From a virus, in the IMG/VR virus record IMGVR_UViG_3300037882_001881, positions 4,784 through 68,783 of that record: a stretch of DNA of 64,000 nucleotides. One strand, written 5' to 3'. The notes under the pieces were generated by a model. It was given only the letters and a program-made list of their open reading frames with translations, was not told where the DNA came from and did no database searches. Positions 58,668 through 64,000 of this stretch are shown here, piece after piece. Made by a program: the position numbers and the translations under genes. How positions within the stretch are numbered: position 1 is the stretch's first letter; each line of letters opens with the position of its first letter.

Positions 58668-58989
58668 TCTCAGGGTTCTTTCGTTCTGAGGCAGGAGCAA
58701 CCGGCCCTGACTCGATCTTTGGTACGTCTGGCGCAGGGACTTCCTGAGCCAGTTCAATTGCATCCATCTCCGACAGCACCGTGCGTATCGACTCACGGGC
58801 GCTGATCGAAAGCCAGGGTTCTTTGTTTCCGACCAACAACCGCATTCTGGTCATCAACCGGGACTTTCCGCTGTCCCGTCTCGCCCTGATCACCAGGGCT
58901 GCCATCTCCGTCGCCGTCAGGGACGACTTCTCCAAAAGTTTCTGCCCCAACATCAGGGCCACACTGTCCGCCTCGGTAAACTCCCGCAT
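58462..58989 (-). CDS. Hypothetical protein
   Basis: MREFTEADS with GGAGAGG RBS; 3' part overlaps next ORF. Confidence 0.45.
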   Translation of the reverse strand: MREFTEADSVALMLGQKLLEKSSLTATEMAALVIRARRDSGKSRLMTRMRLLVGNKEPWLSISARESIRTVLSEMDAIELAQEVPAPDVPKIESGPVAPASERKNPENASIDPKRTEHPQAGQPRGESGGNGGKPAAAAHRSQSAGTGGGGTRPPATGERDAKGDPRRPEVAPGK

Positions 58990-59188
58990 ATCCCTCTCCG
59001 AACACTTCCAATGGGCAATCAATCAACCGAGTCGGCAGGAAGCCGAGCCACTCACCAGGGCGATTCGAGTCCAGGGGAGGACCATTGAACGTGCAGAAGT
59101 GTTGCTCGCCCTGATAATCAGCCTGCGGCACTCCTCGCATCGCGAGAAGATGCTCGCAGCCCTGGCGGGACCGCAGTTTCTCTATCAC
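58793..59188 (-). CDS. Hypothetical Cys-containing protein
   Basis: GTGA coupling to upstream gene; CEH...HFC...DCPL. Confidence 0.4.
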   Translation of the reverse strand: MIEKLRSRQGCEHLLAMRGVPQADYQGEQHFCTFNGPPLDSNRPGEWLGFLPTRLIDCPLEVFGEGYAGVYRGGQCGPDVGAETFGEVVPDGDGDGSPGDQGETGQRKVPVDDQNAVVGRKQRTLAFDQRP

Positions 59189-59790
59189 AATTCAACGTCC
59201 CGACCAGTGGCTAAACTGAGGGCTTCCTGCATTGAACGCACTTCGCAGGCTTTTTTTGCACGTTCCGCCTGCGAATTAACGATCCGGACGGCGTCTGAGT
59301 GCATTGAAGAACTCCACGTGCGATACGTCGGATTGGAGTCCACTTTGAATAACTTCAGCAGTTTGGTGACTCGCTCTAAGTTATTCTCAAGTCGCTTTTT
59401 CAGGGCAATAAGCAACCCAACCCAACCCACATCGTGGTACACAGAGTGCATACTGAACCGATCCATCTTCGGTGACACCAGAAGTCCACCGTGCCCAGCA
59501 TGAATTCCTGTGACTATTCTCTTCGTTCCCATATCGTCTATAACGGCGATCGAGAGTTTTTTCCTGACCGAAGCCTCGTTGTCTTTGATGTGCCTCGTGA
59601 TCGCTTCCTGCAACGCTGAGTACGACTGATAGGCGATAGACATCTCATCGAAGACGAACCGATAATTTCGGTCCACATGGAACTCGAACCCTTCGCACGT
59701 TCCCTTAGCAACAACATCTTCAGCCACTTCTTCCGGCATCTCACTTCTCCTGCTGTAAACGGTCTCTTGAAACTCCCTTGGCGACGCCAC
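59185..59790 (-). CDS. Hypothetical protein
   Basis: 201-aa ORF; start may be MPEEV near 59739. Confidence 0.6.
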   Translation of the reverse strand: MASPREFQETVYSRRSEMPEEVAEDVVAKGTCEGFEFHVDRNYRFVFDEMSIAYQSYSALQEAITRHIKDNEASVRKKLSIAVIDDMGTKRIVTGIHAGHGGLLVSPKMDRFSMHSVYHDVGWVGLLIALKKRLENNLERVTKLLKLFKVDSNPTYRTWSSSMHSDAVRIVNSQAERAKKACEVRSMQEALSLATGRDVEL

Positions 59791-61660
59791 TCCATAACTC
59801 TGAGCCAGGGGCCGGGCACATCGACACCCGACGTGTTTCCCTGGTCTTACGATCCCAAAAAATCATGAACCCTTCGTGTTTGAACTTCCCTTCGAGGATC
59901 GCGAACCGATCCCCGTACCGCTTGTGAAACAGCCCCTTGAGCTGTGCGAACGTGGCACTCTGGTTGCCCTTGCAGTTAACGCTCGGCCAGTACAGTTGGT
60001 TCCAATGCTGTTGAGCTTCTTGCAGGCCGCTCTTCGACTTCGCGAAGTCTTCATCGGAGAACTTCTTCAGTCGCCCGTTGGTCTGAATCACCTGCCACTC
60101 GGATTTTGAGAACTCTTTGCCGCAGTCCGGATACACACACTTCTTGCCGTTCTTTTCCCATAGGGACAGCTTCATCGGTCGATTACATGCAGGACACTTC
60201 TTCACCTCGCCGTCATCCTCCGCCGCTCCTGCATCGCCGTTGCAGAACTTGCACTTCTTCCCGTTCGCCTCCCACACTGCTTTGAGCTGCGACCGATGGC
60301 AAACAGGGCATTTCACTCGCTCGGCGTTCTGTCGTTCCTTTGCACTCTTGACCGTATCCCCCAGCTCCCATTCGAGGTCTTGGTTCGGACTCGGTTGATC
60401 ACGCCAATGCCCGGCATGGTCCTGAATCAAACACCGTGACTTTCCCGTTTCACCGTAGGCTCGAACCCCACGCCCTGCCGCTTGAATCCAGAACGCAATA
60501 CTGTTGATCCTCGTGGCGAAGATGATGTGTTCCAGCCAGGGCCAGTCCACACCGAGAGAGAACACCAGACGATTCCACACGATCGAGATGATCCCCAATC
60601 GGCTCAACTCGCTGGCCACCTCTCTTGCCGCCTCGCCTCGATAGACGACCCTCTCTCCGTCTGGTCGCTTCTCCCCGAAATACACCTTCTCACCGTCGAT
60701 CGAGCAACAGGCGATCCCACGCTCCCAACCCTCGTCCACCAACCACAGACAGGACTCGACATTCGGCCCGAATCCCAGGGTTGGTCGGCACTCAGGGTTG
60801 TATTCCTGCCAATGGTCGTAAATCTTCCCGACCACCCGTTGAATCATGACCCGCTTCGCCATCTCATTCGGCGAGTTCTCCCCGTTGTTGATCTTCCCGA
60901 CATGCCGCAAATCAATCTCTTCCGGACACCGCATTTCCGCCGGGACGAGCGCCCCGACCGCTCGCATCTGGCTCGGTCTCCCCCAATAGATCATCTCTTC
61001 ATTGAAGCCCAAATTGACAGGGGTTGCCGTCTGACCCAACTGAAACGCCCCGTGCCCCCAATGCCATTGCCATGCCTCTTTCGGGAACCCTGTCGAGTTC
61101 GCATGATGCTCGTCCCATATGCAGAACTTCGCATCGTGAAACTCCCGCTTCGACCGCTCCTTCACCGCCGACCGTTCCGAAGGGACCATGATCAGTTGGC
61201 AGGGTTTTCTGATATCGAGAGCCTCCGGCATCCCTGCCCACCTCACCCCGTGCTCAATCCCTGCCTCGACGAAACCCTTGTGTGTCTGCTTCAGTAACAT
61301 CTGGCGATGGATGTAGAACGCCGATGTCGTTCCCTCTTCGTAAAGACGGTTCAGGATCAGTCGAGCCGTCCTCGTCTTTCCAAACCCTGTCGGAGCCACC
61401 GCCACAACCGATCGCACCCCGCTGTCTCGCAACTCGAACGTCTTCTTGACCGCCGCATCCTGAATCGCCCCCCAGGCCGCGAAGTCGATCGGTCGGCCCT
61501 GCCTCACGCCCCACTGAGGCACCACCATCCGACGACGCTCGATGTACCGACAGAGCCTCCACATCTCAGGGACCGGAGCCTCTTCGCCACCAATCGCCCG
61601 CTCCTGCTCCGTCAGCTCGTGCAGCTCATGAATTTCGTCGGTGTCGAAAAGTGTCGCCAT
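59741..61660 (-). CDS. Superfamily 2 (DExH) helicase with C-terminal zinc ribbons
   Basis: APTGFGKT, WDEHH, TATP, LGVDWP, QAAGRGVR, CPVC/CKFC/CPAC. Confidence 0.92.
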   Translation of the reverse strand: MATLFDTDEIHELHELTEQERAIGGEEAPVPEMWRLCRYIERRRMVVPQWGVRQGRPIDFAAWGAIQDAAVKKTFELRDSGVRSVVAVAPTGFGKTRTARLILNRLYEEGTTSAFYIHRQMLLKQTHKGFVEAGIEHGVRWAGMPEALDIRKPCQLIMVPSERSAVKERSKREFHDAKFCIWDEHHANSTGFPKEAWQWHWGHGAFQLGQTATPVNLGFNEEMIYWGRPSQMRAVGALVPAEMRCPEEIDLRHVGKINNGENSPNEMAKRVMIQRVVGKIYDHWQEYNPECRPTLGFGPNVESCLWLVDEGWERGIACCSIDGEKVYFGEKRPDGERVVYRGEAAREVASELSRLGIISIVWNRLVFSLGVDWPWLEHIIFATRINSIAFWIQAAGRGVRAYGETGKSRCLIQDHAGHWRDQPSPNQDLEWELGDTVKSAKERQNAERVKCPVCHRSQLKAVWEANGKKCKFCNGDAGAAEDDGEVKKCPACNRPMKLSLWEKNGKKCVYPDCGKEFSKSEWQVIQTNGRLKKFSDEDFAKSKSGLQEAQQHWNQLYWPSVNCKGNQSATFAQLKGLFHKRYGDRFAILEGKFKHEGFMIFWDRKTRETRRVSMCPAPGSELWSGVAKGVSRDRLQQEK

Positions 61661-61815
61661 TGTCACTCGCACCCTGTAAAAACACCCCGAACCCAAGCAG
61701 TTGTTCGCGAAAAAGGACTCTTCTCCTGCGGCTCATATTGGGCCGGAGGCTATTGGATCGTCGCTCGATGTGGTCACAGTCCCAACGATTGAAACGACCA
61801 CGTTTGAGGCCAGGG

Positions 61816-62589
61816 CTACTTCGATTTCAGATTCACCTTCGACCGCTTTGCCCAATCCTTGATCTTCTTCGAGAGAATCTCTTCAAGGTCCGTCACAAAG
61901 GCGTCCAAAGTCCGTAGGCTCTCCTCGCCGTGCCCGTCCGCCTTGTTCAGCTCTTTCCCCGCCGCTGCCGCCCTGGTCAACGCGGTCATCGCTTCGCCAA
62001 CCTTCTTCAGCATCATCAACAGGGTCGATTCGATCTTGTCCTTCGTGAACACCGTCCCGGCGGAAACAACGTCTCGCACCTCGTTGTACGTCGTCCTCGG
62101 TTTAGCCGTCCCCTGTATCACAGCCTCCGCCATCTCCGGAGATTTCCGCTCGATCGTCAGTGCCCGGCTCAAGACCGGACGACTGATCCCTGTCTCGTTA
62201 TGAATCTCCGTCAGGGTCACAGCAGGGTTATTAGCGACCCGCTCCTTGATCAGTATTTGAGCGTACTGAGCCAGGGACAGATGCCGCCGATGCAGGTTCT
62301 CCGCGAGAATGAAATTCTCCATCGCCTGCTCGACTTCACGCTCGTCCGTTGCCGTGAACGGCGGAATCCATTCGACGAACTTCTGAACAACAGGGATACC
62401 CTCGGCAATCAGTTCGTCGCTCGCCCGCACGCGATGCCGCCCGTCGAGCACTTCGCCCCTGAACATCACAATCGGATGCCGCTCGTCGAACCCATTGTTC
62501 GCCATCGACGCCTTGAACGCAGCAAACTGATCCGCAGGCATCTCTGGTAACACCAGACAAAGCCGGTGGTACTTACGCTTCTCGCTCAT
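61816..62589 (-). CDS. ParB-like N-terminal domain protein with HTH
   Basis: PIVMFRGEVLDGRHRVRA, ENLHRRHLS, TLTEIHNETGISRPVLSRA. Confidence 0.85.
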   Translation of the reverse strand: MSEKRKYHRLCLVLPEMPADQFAAFKASMANNGFDERHPIVMFRGEVLDGRHRVRASDELIAEGIPVVQKFVEWIPPFTATDEREVEQAMENFILAENLHRRHLSLAQYAQILIKERVANNPAVTLTEIHNETGISRPVLSRALTIERKSPEMAEAVIQGTAKPRTTYNEVRDVVSAGTVFTKDKIESTLLMMLKKVGEAMTALTRAAAAGKELNKADGHGEESLRTLDAFVTDLEEILSKKIKDWAKRSKVNLKSK

Positions 62590-63407
62590 TTCGATTCACC
62601 CTTCCATGCTGTAGTCAATACCTTGATCGCTTCTGACAACTTGGCACTACTGGCTGACCGCATCTCTGCCAGGGCCGGGAGTCCATGCTTCAGCAGGATC
62701 GACTCCTTCGTGGCGTCGTCGGTCCCTCCGAGGTTCGATAGCAGCATCGAGAACGTCCGACCCTTACCCTTGATTTCTTCCTGCATCTCGCAATGCAGCT
62801 TCAGCCGATCGAGCAACTCAACCGCCGCGTCGTAGCTCTCTGGCGGCTCCGTCCCTGCCAAATCGACGTACTGCTTACCCAGGTTCTTCTGGTACTGAGC
62901 CAGCTTGTCGGTGATCTCCCTGTTAGTCAGCCTCGACGGATCGAAGTTCCGATCGTCTCGCTCATCAACCTCTTGCTCGCTCCCCACGCGAGGAATCATC
63001 AACAGGCCACGCAGGAAATAGCCCCACGAGAACGTGCTCGCTGACGCCACCGCCTTGTCGAGAGGCTTCCCCTTCTCAGGGATGACCGCCATGTCAAAGC
63101 TCATTGTCTGGTAGAACCCTGACTCGTGGATGACGTGGAACGTCGTCCGCAGGGTCCATGACGGCCTTTGGACGATCATCCCTTCCTTATTCTCGACATC
63201 GACCATCTCACCCTTATCCATCTGCGATCCGACAGCCACGACCGCCAATCCGCACTCACTCAGAACCTCTTTCGATTCCTGAATCACCCGCTCAGTGCTC
63301 ACGAACTTGGCGACGTAACTGGCCTTGTCTTTCACCAGGGCTTTCATCTTCCCCTGAGCGGCCACCAGGGCCGCAGCAAACTTCCCGTCCAATCCATGCT
63401 CGCTCAT
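62586..63407 (-). CDS. ERF-family ssDNA annealing protein
   Basis: AALVAAQ, T.FHVIHESG, ASASTFSWGYFLRGLLMI...DERD. Confidence 0.8.
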   Translation of the reverse strand: MSEHGLDGKFAAALVAAQGKMKALVKDKASYVAKFVSTERVIQESKEVLSECGLAVVAVGSQMDKGEMVDVENKEGMIVQRPSWTLRTTFHVIHESGFYQTMSFDMAVIPEKGKPLDKAVASASTFSWGYFLRGLLMIPRVGSEQEVDERDDRNFDPSRLTNREITDKLAQYQKNLGKQYVDLAGTEPPESYDAAVELLDRLKLHCEMQEEIKGKGRTFSMLLSNLGGTDDATKESILLKHGLPALAEMRSASSAKLSEAIKVLTTAWKGESK

Positions 63408-64000
63408 TGCAGACCTCCTAGTTGGCTCTTCAGCCAATTCCGCGTCTCGTCGCTACCACGAAAAAACCACTTACTCGCTTCGACACCGAGCAGAACATTC
63501 CCTGCCGTGCATGTGTCATGCTCTGCCTCGATTTCCTTGCCGCCAGGGAGCAGAGCTGCTGCCCACCCCGCTAAGCAGTGAGATGTCTTGCACGTGTGCC
63601 ACTGACTCATCTCAAGTCTGTTCCCATCTGCTAGTGCTGACTTCGCAACGGTTTGCAGGTTCTTCTTAGCTGTCTCTGTATCTGCGACGAGGTATCCACC
63701 CACGCTCGTCAGATCAGGCAGGCTGCATTCCGCCGTGATGTCGATGGAGCCGCCCACGCTCGTCAGAACAGGCAGGCTGCATTCAGCCCTGATGTCGAGG
63801 GAGCCGCCCACGCTCGTCAGAACAGGCAGGCTGCATTCCGCCGTGATGACGAGGTATCCACCCACGCTCGTCAGAACAGGCAGGCTGAATTCAGCCCTGA
63901 TGGAGAGGGAGCCGCCCACGCTCGTCAGAACAGGCAGGCTGCATTCAGCCCTGATGTCGAGGGAGCCGCCCACGCTCGTCAGAACAGGCAGGCTGCATTC
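63404..64000 (-). CDS. LRR/beta-solenoid repeat protein (5' end outside window)
   Basis: 18-aa repeats SVGGSLDIRAECSLPVLT; C-terminal LEMSQWHTCKTSHCLAGWA domain. Confidence 0.8.
   Translation of the reverse strand, partial: ECSLPVLTSVGGSLDIRAECSLPVLTSVGGSLSIRAEFSLPVLTSVGGYLVITAECSLPVLTSVGGSLDIRAECSLPVLTSVGGSIDITAECSLPDLTSVGGYLVADTETAKKNLQTVAKSALADGNRLEMSQWHTCKTSHCLAGWAAALLPGGKEIEAEHDTCTAGNVLLGVEASKWFFRGSDETRNWLKSQLGGLQ
63690..64000. repeat. 54-bp coding tandem repeat, at least 6 units
   Basis: CACGCTCGTCAGA recurs at 63701, 63755, 63809, 63863, 63917, 63971. Confidence 0.92.

Larger units (their letters stand above)
1..64000. mobile_element. Temperate podovirus-like bacteriophage genome segment, probably excised/circular form, likely Planctomycetota host
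   Basis: Integrase plus tRNA-fragment att site, TerL, portal, scaffold, capsid, adaptor, nozzle, ejection proteins, ERF/SSB/helicase; no host housekeeping block; no tape-measure, tube or sheath gene recognised. Confidence 0.93.

Noticed and set aside
1285-62066. 13-bp motif as a conserved VPPE peptide or REP/MITE element
   Set aside because: It is read in several frames and both strands, lies mostly inside genes without conserved flanks, and no associated transposase is present.
63690-64000. Possible CRISPR array
   Set aside because: Period is exactly 54 bp, in frame, and the variable parts resemble each other; it is a coding repeat and no cas genes are present.

Overview
The whole window looks like one temperate, short-tailed (podovirus-like) dsDNA phage, most likely of a Planctomycetota host (inferred from the style of its integrase, SSB and FliA/WhiG-type sigma factor). 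Phage genes flank an isolated 3' half of tRNA-Arg(CCG) next to a tyrosine integrase, so this is probably the unintegrated (attP) form. Modules: integration and regulation (CsrA, excisionase-like HTH, integrase, sigma-28, Fis-like HTH; 1-6.9 kb); a minus-strand virion operon (portal, scaffold, major capsid, tandem-duplicated adaptor, lysis-like cassette with a papain-like peptidase and a Tad1 anti-defence sponge, glycosyl- and methyltransferases, a 2227-aa nozzle/adhesin, ejection proteins, a 3279-aa polyvalent protein; 6.9-46 kb); an inverted terminase large subunit; a plus-strand accessory island (DUF3560-like, DNA methyltransferase); and replication/recombination genes (MazG, SSB, HNH, SF2 helicase, ParB-like, ERF). 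The most striking unexplained signals are non-coding: (1) a 13-bp quasi-palindrome GTCCCGCCGGAAC in about 28 copies across the genome, in several reading frames; (2) two tandem tRNA-like cloverleaves upstream of the portal operon; (3) two leader RNAs sharing a kissing-loop architecture; (4) a conserved CAGGG...CCCTG hairpin before four genes of the accessory island. All family assignments are from motif recognition by eye; no database searches were run.
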